Of a DNA stretch of 36,948 bases, positions 27,657 to 35,943 are shown in pieces (within the stretch, counting starts at the first letter, position 1; each line of letters begins with the position of its first letter). The translations under genes and the position numbers were made by a program. Source of the DNA: a virus (taxonomy: Duplodnaviria > Heunggongvirae > Uroviricota > Caudoviricetes). The notes beneath the pieces were generated by a model. That model was given only the letters and a program-made list of their open reading frames with translations. It was not told where the DNA came from and did not search any database. The stretch lies in the IMG/VR virus record IMGVR_UViG_2778261353_000005; one strand, given 5' to 3'.

Positions 27657-27968
27657 TTACTCAGGAAATAACGCCCGGATATTCCCAGCCATCTGGCTGG
27701 TTATCTTAGCCACTGGTGCAGACTGTGCTTCAAACTTTTTTGAGCTGATTTGTGTCACAGGTAACATCTCATCATCAGCCCATGCGGCCAGTCGGTAAGC
27801 CTCTGCCGGATTCGTCTTCAGAAGTGCCAGCCCGGCCAGAAAAGCCACGCGTTGGCCGCTTTTGCGGGCTTCTGGTGTAAGGCTGTCCAGCCAGGCGCAT
27901 GCTTCTCCTTCGTTCTTGACGGCAGCTGGCTTCAGATAGAAACTTATCCGTCTGGTTGGTGTTGTCAT
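27657..27968 (-). CDS. parR: ParR-like centromere-binding protein
   Basis: Start 5 nt after parM stop with AAGGAG SD; RRISFYLKP...LDSLTPE...AFLAGLAL resembles plasmid R1 ParR. Confidence 0.7.
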   Translation of the reverse strand: MTTPTRRISFYLKPAAVKNEGEACAWLDSLTPEARKSGQRVAFLAGLALLKTNPAEAYRLAAWADDEMLPVTQISSKKFEAQSAPVAKITSQMAGNIRALFPE

Positions 27969-27972
27969 TGGT

Positions 27973-28932
27973 TTACTCCTTGTCCATTGCGTACAGCCCA
28001 TTAACCAGAGCAAACTGTGGCACCCCGTCCGCGATGAAAGTCGCATTAACTCCGCAGGCTTCGCGGATAGCGGGTGCCACAATCTCCGCCCCGCCACCGA
28101 CAACCATCACCCGCCCGTAACCCGAAAAACCCGCCAGCGCGCGGATCACGCGTTGTTTCAGTGTTTCTTCCTTTTCACGAATAACCGCCATCAGGCTGTC
28201 GTAATGCGCGTCATTGTGGATGTGCTGGCGCAGCCAGGCTTCATCATGGCGATGTTCGATAATGGTATTGGCGATGTGGTGACTGGTACGCATACCGTTA
28301 GTGGCCATCACCGACAGTACGGCATCGGCCATCAGGGAAACGCCTACGTGTGGATCGCAAAACACCTGGCTGATACCTGCCAGTTGTCCCTGAACCTTTG
28401 CCACATCCAGCGTGGTTCCGCCTAAATCCACAATCAGCAGGGATTCAAACGGACTCATGTCAGCCAGTGCTTTAAAGCCAGCCGGAATGGATTCAGGCAT
28501 AACCCGTACGTTACGGATAGTGAATGCTTCGCCGTTCTGGTACTCCACCGGGCGCATGACGTTCGCTTTTTTGCGGTTGATGTTGGCCATGTCCGGCTGT
28601 GCGTTTGTGTCGAAATATTCGCTCAGTGGCAGAGTGACAACCACATCCACTTCCTGTGGTGTGATGCCTGATTTGACCAGCGCGTGATGAATGGCAATGA
28701 CATTCACATCGCTGTACTGGTATTGCGTGTCGGTCGTCTGGACAAAGCGATCGCTGACCGGATCAAAACCATAGCGCACGCCATCAAGCATGTAGTTCGC
28801 GGGCTGCGTGCCACCGAACGGCGCAGACCATTCCGACTTGAAGCTGTTCGGGCTGATGGCGTTGCGGCGTTCGCCGTTCTCAGTCCATGCCAGCTTGATG
28901 TTGGTGGAGCCGTCATCGATACAAATTTTCAT
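27973..28932 (-). CDS. parM: ParM/StbA-like actin-family partition ATPase
   Basis: 319 aa; IDDGSTNIKLAW, ISPNSFK, YSDVNVIAIHHAL, NRKKAN, VMPESIPAG, LLIVDLGGTTLDV, GVSL, GFSGY, VMVVGGGAE, LVNGLY blocks as in R1 ParM. Confidence 0.85.
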   Translation of the reverse strand: MKICIDDGSTNIKLAWTENGERRNAISPNSFKSEWSAPFGGTQPANYMLDGVRYGFDPVSDRFVQTTDTQYQYSDVNVIAIHHALVKSGITPQEVDVVVTLPLSEYFDTNAQPDMANINRKKANVMRPVEYQNGEAFTIRNVRVMPESIPAGFKALADMSPFESLLIVDLGGTTLDVAKVQGQLAGISQVFCDPHVGVSLMADAVLSVMATNGMRTSHHIANTIIEHRHDEAWLRQHIHNDAHYDSLMAVIREKEETLKQRVIRALAGFSGYGRVMVVGGGAEIVAPAIREACGVNATFIADGVPQFALVNGLYAMDKE

Positions 28933-28963
28933 GTCGCTTTTCCTTATGTTGATTAATTAATCG

Positions 28964-29072
28964 CTTACGGGATTCTGAAATCCCGTTTTTGCCTGTTTTA
29001 TGCGCGCTTCATATATCGCGGCGCGTTTTTTGCTCATTTACGGGATTTGTGAATCCCGTTTCTGTCTGTTTT
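28964..29072. repeat. Two 36-bp direct repeats, each with a 20-bp palindrome (acgggatt..aatcccgt), upstream of parM; parC-like centromere/operator candidate
   Basis: Copies at about 28964..28999 and 29037..29072; second copy overlaps the last codons of gene A. Confidence 0.45.
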
Positions 29073-31831
29073 TTGTTTCCACTGGTCAGGCCACCCCGCA
29101 GCAGGTCTGCTTTGCGGCGGGCGTGTTCAGTGGTTTCACTGATTCTCTGTGCGTGCTCTGCGTCGCGGATGGCGCGCAGCATGTCAGAAAGCACGGTAAC
29201 GGGTGTTTTCATGGTGTTCTGGTCCTGCTGAAGTGTGGATGCCAGGCGTGCGGCGGCTTCGGGGTCTGATGCCCCCAGCTGTTCCAGATAGCTGGCGACC
29301 GGGTTATGGCGGATCTCCGTGCTGCTTACGCCGTGGTTACGGCTCAGGCGCTGCCAGAGCTGCGTGATCCGGCTGTCCGGTCGGGTATCCGGTTTGCGTA
29401 CAATTTCAAATCCCTGCGGTGCAATGATGCTGCCGTCGACGTACAGACTGCCGCCCCGTAACAGGTGCTGCATCTGCTGTTCACCGATAGGCAGGCCGAG
29501 AGATTCAGCAGACTCCCGCCATTCTTTAGCGAGTAACTCGTGGTTATCAGGCAAAGGCCGTGGCTGTTTGCGGCTCTGTGTCCAGTTCTGCATTTCATCA
29601 CTGCTGTTTTTTGCCTGTTTGTCACGCAGCGAACGCATCAGCGCCCGGCGTTCGTGCCGTTTCAGTGAGCGCATCCATTCATTCACGTCAACGCCGTCAG
29701 GAAGCTGCGGCCACGGTGCTGGCCGTTCTTCCAGCTGTTCTGTCCCGTTGTTGTCCGTTTCCTGTACACGGGGACAGTTATTGCCACGAGTCCAAGGGGC
29801 GGCAGGGCCGCCCTGAAGGTCAAAACCATTTTCGCGGGCGCTGTCTTCCGCTTCCGGTTTACGTCTTACCAGCTTCCAGTTATCCGGATGTGTGCACACA
29901 CGGGAAGACTCCCCGATGAGCGGTGACCAGATCCCGTAAATCTGTACGCTCTGTTCGCCGTAATCGTTCAGCTCATCTGCGAGGTCGTAGGCGGTGCGAA
30001 TCAGGTAGTCTTTGCGTGGAACAAGTACGCCGCCCTGTTTTTCAATGTAGGAGGCAAAACACCCGGCATCAGCGGCAGCGAGCACTGCATCCATTGCGTC
30101 ATCCTTCAGTCGTTGCGGGCCTTCCGGGTTGCGTGCCATCTGGCTGGCAAGGCGGCGCAGTTCACGCCACACCTGACGGGAGGGGATGCCAAAGAACTGG
30201 AACTGGCGGACCCGGTGAAGGCGCGCCCAGCCGATGGCGCGCTCCACGCTCTCGGCCATTGATTTTCCGGTTTCGTGGTCAACGCGTGGCTTGCCCGTTT
30301 TCGGGTCGATACCATCCACGGCGCGGCTGTCCAGGTTCTTTCCGATGTAGGTGGCGATGTAGCTGGTTGGCGTGCCTTTTGAGCCGTCGACGTACTCCGC
30401 CTTAAAACGCGGAGTTATGTCATCGCCCAGCTCGTGGCGGTCTTCCTGAATGGCAATATCGCAGACGTGGGACACGATGGTTTCAATCTCGTCCGGATGT
30501 GCAAAGACCATCATATGCCAGTGCACAGTGCCGTCATGGTGAGGCTCCACCGTGCGGATGCCATACCAGCGAAGACCGTCGCGGTTCAGTTTTTTGCGGA
30601 CCGCCGCAAAAAACGTGTTAACCAGGTAATCGCTGGAGTCGCGCATGGTGGCCCCGTTCCATTTGGGATTCGGATGACCGTTCTCTGTTGTGGCGTGGTA
30701 TTTTGACGGGCAGGTGACAGTCAGAAACACCGCTCTGTCGCCACGGGCTTCGGCCAGAAGTTCCAGTCCCTTCATGGTGGCCATCATTTCTGCCTTACGG
30801 TGAACCGGGTTACTTACTCCCGCGTAATACACCGTCTCGAGATCAATCGTGAACCCGTCTTCATTTTCCAGCATGAAACTTTTCAGGAAATCGCGTGTTT
30901 TCTCGCGCTGTGCGCGAAACTCGCTTAACGCGTCCTGGCTCAGATAGGGTGATGTTTTTCTGGAAACCAGACAGGCGGCGCGGAGTTGTTCTTCTCTCCA
31001 CTCGCAACGTAACAGCCACAGTTTGCGTTTCCACCATTCCGCACAGGTCAGGCGAAGGATTGCGCCCGGCAGCAGCTCCGTGTCCGGTTCGTTCCTCCGG
31101 TCTTTGTCTGTTGTCAGTGCGTCATAATGTGGAGGCATGGCGTGCAGGTGTAACGCCATGCGGGCCAGCATCTGATACGCCTTCAGCGTTACATCCATGG
31201 TCAGTTCGCCATCAGTAGCGCCAAAGCCATCGCAGAGTTTTTCGAAGGTGCTGCTGAACATCGCCGCCGTCATGGTGGCCAGCGTCTGTATCTGGTGTTT
31301 GTTGAGCTGCGGCAGGTAAAGCAAATCGTTCAGGCGTTCGCGTCCGGCAAGGGAGCGATAACCCGGTGTCAGCCAGCGGTGATCGGTGCGGTCCAGACGT
31401 TCGAATATTTTGCGCAGGGTTCCGCGCGCGTAGCGTTCCGCCTGCCAGCTCTTTTTGCCTTTCTGACGATCGGCTTCCTGCTTCTTGCGCAGGAAGGAGA
31501 GGTGGCGAATAAGCGGATCGCGCAGATAGGACGGCAGCAGGCGCAGCGAGGCCATGGCTTCATCCACCGCGCCGCGTGCCTGTTTTCTGGCGTCTCCTGC
31601 CAGTGTGATGGTTTTGTCCTGTTTTTCCTGTGCGTCCAGGCTTTTATTAATCAGGTTGCCCAGCGGCGTGGCGGAGAACGCCGCATCAGCCATTTCCTGG
31701 AGGCGCTCGTTCTCTACCCGGTAGGCATCCAGCCAGGAGGAAAGCGCGGATTCAGGAGCGGAGATCCCCGTTCCTTCACGCCCCACTGCGTGGCGCGGTT
31801 GTTGCCAGTCCCTGATGTACTCTGCCGTCAT
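29009..31831 (-). CDS. A: Replication initiation endonuclease A (rolling-circle HUH nickase); true start may be internal
   Basis: 940-aa ORF; FLTVTCPSKYH and RTVEPHHDGTVHWHMMVF as in P2 gpA; longer than P2 A, mainly at the C-terminus. Confidence 0.85.
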   Translation of the reverse strand: MTAEYIRDWQQPRHAVGREGTGISAPESALSSWLDAYRVENERLQEMADAAFSATPLGNLINKSLDAQEKQDKTITLAGDARKQARGAVDEAMASLRLLPSYLRDPLIRHLSFLRKKQEADRQKGKKSWQAERYARGTLRKIFERLDRTDHRWLTPGYRSLAGRERLNDLLYLPQLNKHQIQTLATMTAAMFSSTFEKLCDGFGATDGELTMDVTLKAYQMLARMALHLHAMPPHYDALTTDKDRRNEPDTELLPGAILRLTCAEWWKRKLWLLRCEWREEQLRAACLVSRKTSPYLSQDALSEFRAQREKTRDFLKSFMLENEDGFTIDLETVYYAGVSNPVHRKAEMMATMKGLELLAEARGDRAVFLTVTCPSKYHATTENGHPNPKWNGATMRDSSDYLVNTFFAAVRKKLNRDGLRWYGIRTVEPHHDGTVHWHMMVFAHPDEIETIVSHVCDIAIQEDRHELGDDITPRFKAEYVDGSKGTPTSYIATYIGKNLDSRAVDGIDPKTGKPRVDHETGKSMAESVERAIGWARLHRVRQFQFFGIPSRQVWRELRRLASQMARNPEGPQRLKDDAMDAVLAAADAGCFASYIEKQGGVLVPRKDYLIRTAYDLADELNDYGEQSVQIYGIWSPLIGESSRVCTHPDNWKLVRRKPEAEDSARENGFDLQGGPAAPWTRGNNCPRVQETDNNGTEQLEERPAPWPQLPDGVDVNEWMRSLKRHERRALMRSLRDKQAKNSSDEMQNWTQSRKQPRPLPDNHELLAKEWRESAESLGLPIGEQQMQHLLRGGSLYVDGSIIAPQGFEIVRKPDTRPDSRITQLWQRLSRNHGVSSTEIRHNPVASYLEQLGASDPEAAARLASTLQQDQNTMKTPVTVLSDMLRAIRDAEHAQRISETTEHARRKADLLRGGLTSGNKKQTETGFTNPVNEQKTRRDI

Positions 31832-31837
31832 AGTGAT

Positions 31838-32203
31838 TTACTTCGTCATGCCATTCAGGGTGTCGCGGCAGACTGTAGCCAGCCGCTGAATTTCCAGCAC
31901 GGTGTCTTCTGTGTCGGCATGGCGATGTGTGATGCTGATGCTGTCGGCAATCACATCGACGATTGCAGAGGATGGGCGCTGGTAAATGCCAATAACGGAC
32001 GGGGTGCCACCTTCAATGCGGTAAAGCCTGTAATTTCCCTCGTGGCTGTCAATCATGTAGCGACCATCAATAACAATCTTTCCGTCAGCGAGCTGCGGTA
32101 CAGGCAGGGATTTCAGGTACATGTCATAACGATCACGCACGCGAGCGGCAAGATCACGCTCTGTGTTGAGCAGGTATTCAAGAAAGTCGTTGGCGAGAAT
32201 CAT
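31838..32203 (-). CDS. Hypothetical early-operon protein (121 aa) upstream of A
   Basis: Protein-like composition, tight spacing to A. Confidence 0.55.
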   Translation of the reverse strand: MILANDFLEYLLNTERDLAARVRDRYDMYLKSLPVPQLADGKIVIDGRYMIDSHEGNYRLYRIEGGTPSVIGIYQRPSSAIVDVIADSISITHRHADTEDTVLEIQRLATVCRDTLNGMTK

Positions 32204-32275
32204 TGCGGCAATCCTCTTGTTACAGATGTGCGAAGGCCTCCCGCCGCAAGGTGCAGGAAAGGCCCGGAACAGGAA

Positions 32276-32506
32276 TTAATGGAGTTTGTTTTGCTGCTGG
32301 ATGAGCTGTTGAAGCTCGTGCAGATCATCCGCCAGATAGCTGAAAACAGAGGCGGAATAAATGTTTGATAGTGCGTGGCTGCGCTCATGCAACATATTGA
32401 TGTGCATGATTTGCGCGACGCGTGATGCGCGGGAAAGTCTGCGGTTGATTTCAGTCTGGATGTGACGACGCTCCGCGATAGCGCGGTGTGGTTTGCGGTT
32501 TGCCAT
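32276..32506 (-). CDS. Hypothetical small basic early protein (76 aa)
   Basis: ORF-track ORF with plausible helical composition. Confidence 0.45.
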   Translation of the reverse strand: MANRKPHRAIAERRHIQTEINRRLSRASRVAQIMHINMLHERSHALSNIYSASVFSYLADDLHELQQLIQQQNKLH

Positions 32507-32685
32507 GGTGTGGCCCCTTGTGTAGTAAGTTGTGAAAACTCACCATCCAGAGCTGCGAAACTGTGGGTGGCGAGACGTACGAGGTTCGCAGTACCGGCTA
32601 CACAAGAACCCGGCCCGACCGAAGTCGGCCCCGTACGCCCCGCCATAATTCTGACGCGAAAAAAACGTGGCAATACAGTACGCAC

Positions 32686-32706
32686 AAAAAAACCGCTGGC
32701 GCGGTT
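32686..32706 (-). terminator. Possible intrinsic terminator/attenuator inside the early-operon noncoding island
   Basis: Minus strand aaccgc-gcca-gcggtt hairpin followed by TTTTTTT. Confidence 0.35.
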
Positions 32707-32828
32707 GTGCGCTTGTGTAGTCAGCAGGCTGCGAAACCCGGCACCCGTTTTGTGAGGTGCAGCGGAAATGTAACCTGACTGATTGCGGCATGGCAAGCGG
32801 TTTTTTTGTGTGTGCATGTTCTGGTTTC

Positions 32829-33128
32829 TTAGTGGTTCAGAAAAAAATCAAAAACCTTGTCAATGCGTTGCAGCAGCTCTTGCTGTATTGCTTTCGGCGT
32901 TTCCGGTTCGCCTGGCGCCTCCAACGTCGCGCAGAAATCCTCGATTTCATGACGGAGCGTCAGGCGAATGGCGAGAGGTGTGGTTCTGGCGTGCTCCAGC
33001 TCATCCAGCAGCGCCAGCACAGCAGACGGCGAGAGCATTGCGCGAAACGCCAGTAATTTTTGAGGCGTTGCCATTCGTTGCAGGTCAGTCGCCAGTTCGC
33101 GTAATTCCTGGTGGTTGATGACGCTCAT
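32829..33128 (-). CDS. Hypothetical early protein (99 aa)
   Basis: ORF-track ORF, start overlaps upstream gene stop. Confidence 0.5.
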   Translation of the reverse strand: MSVINHQELRELATDLQRMATPQKLLAFRAMLSPSAVLALLDELEHARTTPLAIRLTLRHEIEDFCATLEAPGEPETPKAIQQELLQRIDKVFDFFLNH

Positions 33129-33370
33129 GCTCTGGCTTCCTTCAGTAGCTGGTTAAACGTGTTGGTAAGTGGATTGCCGCACCCGAACGGCATCGGGTTT
33201 ATCTGGTAAGAAAAGCGACCGCCTGTTTTGCGCTCTTTTCTTATGACTGAACCGCTGCGCCAGAGTCGGCGTAACTCCGCATTAATGGCTGTGGTTGGGG
33301 TATTCAGTGCTGCGGCGATTTCTCCACCGCTACACCCCGGATTGGCGGCGATATAGTCCAGAATGGTCAT
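33125..33370 (-). CDS. Small winged-helix-like DNA-binding protein (81 aa)
   Basis: YIAANPGCSGGEIAAALNTPTTAINAELRRLWRSG resembles wHTH recognition region; start/stop overlap with neighbours. Confidence 0.55.
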   Translation of the reverse strand: MTILDYIAANPGCSGGEIAAALNTPTTAINAELRRLWRSGSVIRKERKTGGRFSYQINPMPFGCGNPLTNTFNQLLKEARA

Positions 33371-33570
33371 CTGCGTGACTCCTGTACCTGTCGGATAAGG
33401 TTCACCCGCACCACATTCGTGGCGCAGAAGTAAGTGCCGTCAGTGAGATAGATGTGATGTGCATCCTTTTCTGAACGGTGTTTGTCGATTGTGGTAATCA
33501 GGCGTTCGTCGACTTCGTATTCACGCCCTCTGGAGGTAAAACGAACGACAGGAAAATGCTTAATTGCCAT
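33367..33570 (-). CDS. Hypothetical early protein (67 aa)
   Basis: ORF-track ORF; 4-nt overlap with downstream gene. Confidence 0.5.
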   Translation of the reverse strand: MAIKHFPVVRFTSRGREYEVDERLITTIDKHRSEKDAHHIYLTDGTYFCATNVVRVNLIRQVQESRR

Positions 33571-33656
33571 TACGCCTCCTTGGCGTGTGCGAATACCTCC
33601 GCGAATGCGGATTGTTTTTACATTTTCTTATTTAATCTGTGGTTTTATTTGCTCTG

Positions 33657-33770
33657 TTATTCGCCAGTGAAAAAGCGTTCAATCTTTTTTATTGAATGAA
33701 TAATTCGCATAATCCCAATAGCGCAGGCCACCGAAATAATCAGAACAAGCCATGAGATAAATATACTCAT
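33657..33770 (-). CDS. Small membrane peptide (37 aa), translationally coupled
   Basis: Hand-translated MSIFISWLVLIISVACAIGIMRIIHSIKKIERFFTGE; ATG overlaps upstream stop as ATGA. Confidence 0.35.
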   Translation of the reverse strand: MSIFISWLVLIISVACAIGIMRIIHSIKKIERFFTGE

Positions 33771-34009
33771 GCGATATTCCCCAGCTCATACGGTTCAATA
33801 TGTTCCCCGCATTCTGCGGCACAGATCAGCTCGGAAAGTTCGTTAAGTGCATCCAGATCATCAGCGTAAAAAGCCACGTCATACAGACTTCGGATTGCTC
33901 TGGTCAATGAGTCACGGGCCGCACGTTCAGCATGAGCGCCTGATGCACTTAAGCGAAAATAAAAGCGCTCAAGTGCTTTGTTAATGAGAGTTTTATATTC
34001 TTTGCCCAT
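33767..34009 (-). CDS. Small acidic early protein (80 aa)
   Basis: ORF-track ORF with helical, acidic composition. Confidence 0.55.
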   Translation of the reverse strand: MGKEYKTLINKALERFYFRLSASGAHAERAARDSLTRAIRSLYDVAFYADDLDALNELSELICAAECGEHIEPYELGNIA

Positions 34010-34020
34010 CGCAACGCCCT

Positions 34021-34308
34021 TTAATCTGCTTTCTGAATTTCAGTTTCTGAATCCATACAGATAATTTCGATATAGGGTTTATCGCCATTAACCTGACGAG
34101 CCTTTTCAGCTTCGCTAATGATTTCGCGTACGGTCTGGTACGGAAGTTCCACGATCAGTCGCGTGCTGTTCAGATAAACGTAAGTGGCTTCGGCGGCTCC
34201 GTTTTTCCCCGCCGGAGCCACTCCATCAATAGCGGATGCGCGTAATAACAGTTCACCGCGAAAATCAATAAAGCGGATAAATACACCTTGAGTATGGTCT
34301 TTAGTCAT
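34021..34308 (-). CDS. Hypothetical early protein (start at MTKDHTQG)
   Basis: Internal start chosen to avoid overlap with upstream gene; protein-like composition. Confidence 0.5.
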   Translation of the reverse strand: MTKDHTQGVFIRFIDFRGELLLRASAIDGVAPAGKNGAAEATYVYLNSTRLIVELPYQTVREIISEAEKARQVNGDKPYIEIICMDSETEIQKAD

Positions 34309-34318
34309 AAAGCACCTG

Positions 34319-34660
34319 TTATAAATCAGCCTGTTTAATAAAACTCTGTCCACGCAGCAGACGATCAACCGTGCGAAGCGCTTCGTATAATGTGAAATCC
34401 TGCCCGAACTGATTGTCGCCGCTGCTCAGAGCAAAAATGCGGTTTCCGGTAAACGGATTGCGCGGGCATTTGTGGACCACGATTCCAGCTTTCTCAATCA
34501 GCCAGGCATGCTCGCCGATTTGTTTTACTGGGTAGCCATCCGGCGTTGCGTGTGTATCACTCAGGCTGTAGCGGATGTTGCTGCGTGATGCACTGGTAGC
34601 AAAACGGTTAGCGTGGCGTTCTGCACCATTGCGAAAGCGTGAATTACGTTGCTGTTTCAT
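34319..34660 (-). CDS. Hypothetical early protein (113 aa), possible regulator
   Basis: ORF-track ORF with basic N-terminus. Confidence 0.55.
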   Translation of the reverse strand: MKQQRNSRFRNGAERHANRFATSASRSNIRYSLSDTHATPDGYPVKQIGEHAWLIEKAGIVVHKCPRNPFTGNRIFALSSGDNQFGQDFTLYEALRTVDRLLRGQSFIKQADL

Positions 34661-34661
34661 G

Positions 34662-34769
34662 TTAAAGACTCTGTACAGATTTAATTATTCCGGCATAGAG
34701 GCCGAACTCAAAATATTTGCGATTAAATCGCATCGCATTGTTTTCACGTTTTGCGGACTGCTGGTTCAT
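34662..34769 (-). CDS. Small basic protein (35 aa) with GGAGG RBS
   Basis: Hand-translated MNQQSAKRENNAMRFNRKYFEFGLYAGIIKSVQSL; stop 1 nt before the next ATG. Confidence 0.35.
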   Translation of the reverse strand: MNQQSAKRENNAMRFNRKYFEFGLYAGIIKSVQSL

Positions 34770-34912
34770 TTTCGTTTGCCTCCGCACATGAGAATTGCGC
34801 CGCTTAAGATGTAACCGAAGTTAATTGATAGTATTACAATTAACATAAGGTCCAATTTGTCCATGCCACACATAATTACCCTCATTGCAGTAGTTGTGGG
34901 TTGTCAGGTTTC

Positions 34913-35119
34913 TCACCCGATAAACCAGATAACAAACGCTATCAACATCGCCCCAATAGCTGCCGGGAAAAGTCCTTTGGTATAAGCGGCGATATATTCA
35001 ATGCTGAGTTCAATAAAGCGTTCTTTATGTCCCGTTAACTTGCGAAACAAATAGATCTCTATTACGCCTATCTCAATAAAAACAAGGGTCAGAATGGCGC
35101 TGATGATATGGCTGGTCAT
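34913..35119 (-). CDS. Small membrane protein (68 aa) just downstream of cox
   Basis: Two hydrophobic segments. Confidence 0.5.
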   Translation of the reverse strand: MTSHIISAILTLVFIEIGVIEIYLFRKLTGHKERFIELSIEYIAAYTKGLFPAAIGAMLIAFVIWFIG

Positions 35120-35125
35120 TTATGA

Positions 35126-35413
35126 CTAAAGTCCCAGCCACAACAACCATGCGTCGCGGCGTTCTTTCGGTTGCTCAAAAAACGCTTTGCGCATGCCTTC
35201 GTTAAATGCTGGCAGATATACCCAGTTTTCTGATGCACGCGTCTTTACTGAACCTGGTTTCACAAAGTCAATTGTTGGTAGCTTTGCTGCGTCAATCATG
35301 GTTCTGACTGTGGATTCCTTGCGGCCGATCATCTTGGCGAATAGTTGATATGGCACCGCTTCAAGTGGATATGGTGCTACCTGAATGAACCCCCCAAGCT
35401 CTGATTCGCTCAT
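35126..35413 (-). CDS. cox: Cox-like excisionase / lytic-switch regulator
   Basis: 95 aa; PYQLFAKMIG, MIDAAKLPTIDF, WVYLPAFNEG, AWLLWLGL match P2 Cox. Confidence 0.8.
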   Translation of the reverse strand: MSESELGGFIQVAPYPLEAVPYQLFAKMIGRKESTVRTMIDAAKLPTIDFVKPGSVKTRASENWVYLPAFNEGMRKAFFEQPKERRDAWLLWLGL

Positions 35414-35487
35414 TGTGGTAATCTCCCTAATTCGTTCGAATGGCTCAAAATGGCTTATATCGGCTTATTTGAGTGTTTTTATGTTTG

Positions 35488-35533
35488 TGCCCGATGTGGC
35501 ATGTTGTGATGGAGGATATGCCCGATATGGCAT
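35488..35533. promoter_or_regulatory. Two 15-bp direct repeats (tgcccgatRtggcat) in the C/cox switch region; candidate operators
   Basis: Copies at 35488..35502 and 35519..35533 (1 mismatch); second overlaps the C start codon. Confidence 0.4.
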
Positions 35534-35847
35534 CTTTGTCAAGCATGGGTGAAAAATTTCGCCTGATTCGTGAAGCAGAAGGTATGACCCGCCAGGAGTT
35601 TGCGGATTGTGTTGGGCTGCCTTATGGGACGGTAACTAACTATGAGGTGAGGGGGAAGCAAGTAACAGAGGGTGCCTTACTTAAGGTTACGAAACACCCT
35701 AAATTTAAGAAGTATGCTTATTGGTTATCAACAGATGAAACGATGCCGGAGGTCGGGCAAATTTCTCCGGCTCTCTCTCTTGATGGTTCCTGCAATTCGG
35801 AGGGAGATCGCGTTTCAACCGAAACAATCCAAAAATTATCCCGCTGA
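35527..35847 (+). CDS. C: Immunity repressor C (P2 C-like)
   Basis: Start at MASLSSMGEKF (GGAGG 12 nt upstream); LSRQQ/TRQEF and GLPYGT HTH region aligns with P2 C. Confidence 0.75.
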   Translation: MASLSSMGEKFRLIREAEGMTRQEFADCVGLPYGTVTNYEVRGKQVTEGALLKVTKHPKFKKYAYWLSTDETMPEVGQISPALSLDGSCNSEGDRVSTETIQKLSR

Positions 35848-35943
35848 GGCCAGAAAACTGGTTAGACCTGCTTTTTGTCTGGTCTGATTATTGCTGGAAA
35901 GAGGCTGGAGAAATTGTAGAGCGGTTCATTGGAGGGCTTCGTA

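Noticed and set aside
29319-30405. Plus-strand ORFs of 119-165 aa
   Set aside because: Antisense to replication gene A with Arg/Cys/Ser-rich composition
31295-32368. 357-aa plus-strand ORF
   Set aside because: Antisense to gene A N-terminus and two early genes; composition typical of a shadow ORF
32200-32817. 205-aa ORF-track ORF spanning the early-operon island
   Set aside because: R/S/T/G-rich low-complexity composition typical of an off-frame read; overlaps better ORFs and structured noncoding sequence
32507-32828. Retron msr/msd or CRISPR-like element suggested by inverted and direct repeats
   Set aside because: No reverse transcriptase or cas gene nearby; repeats are few and irregular
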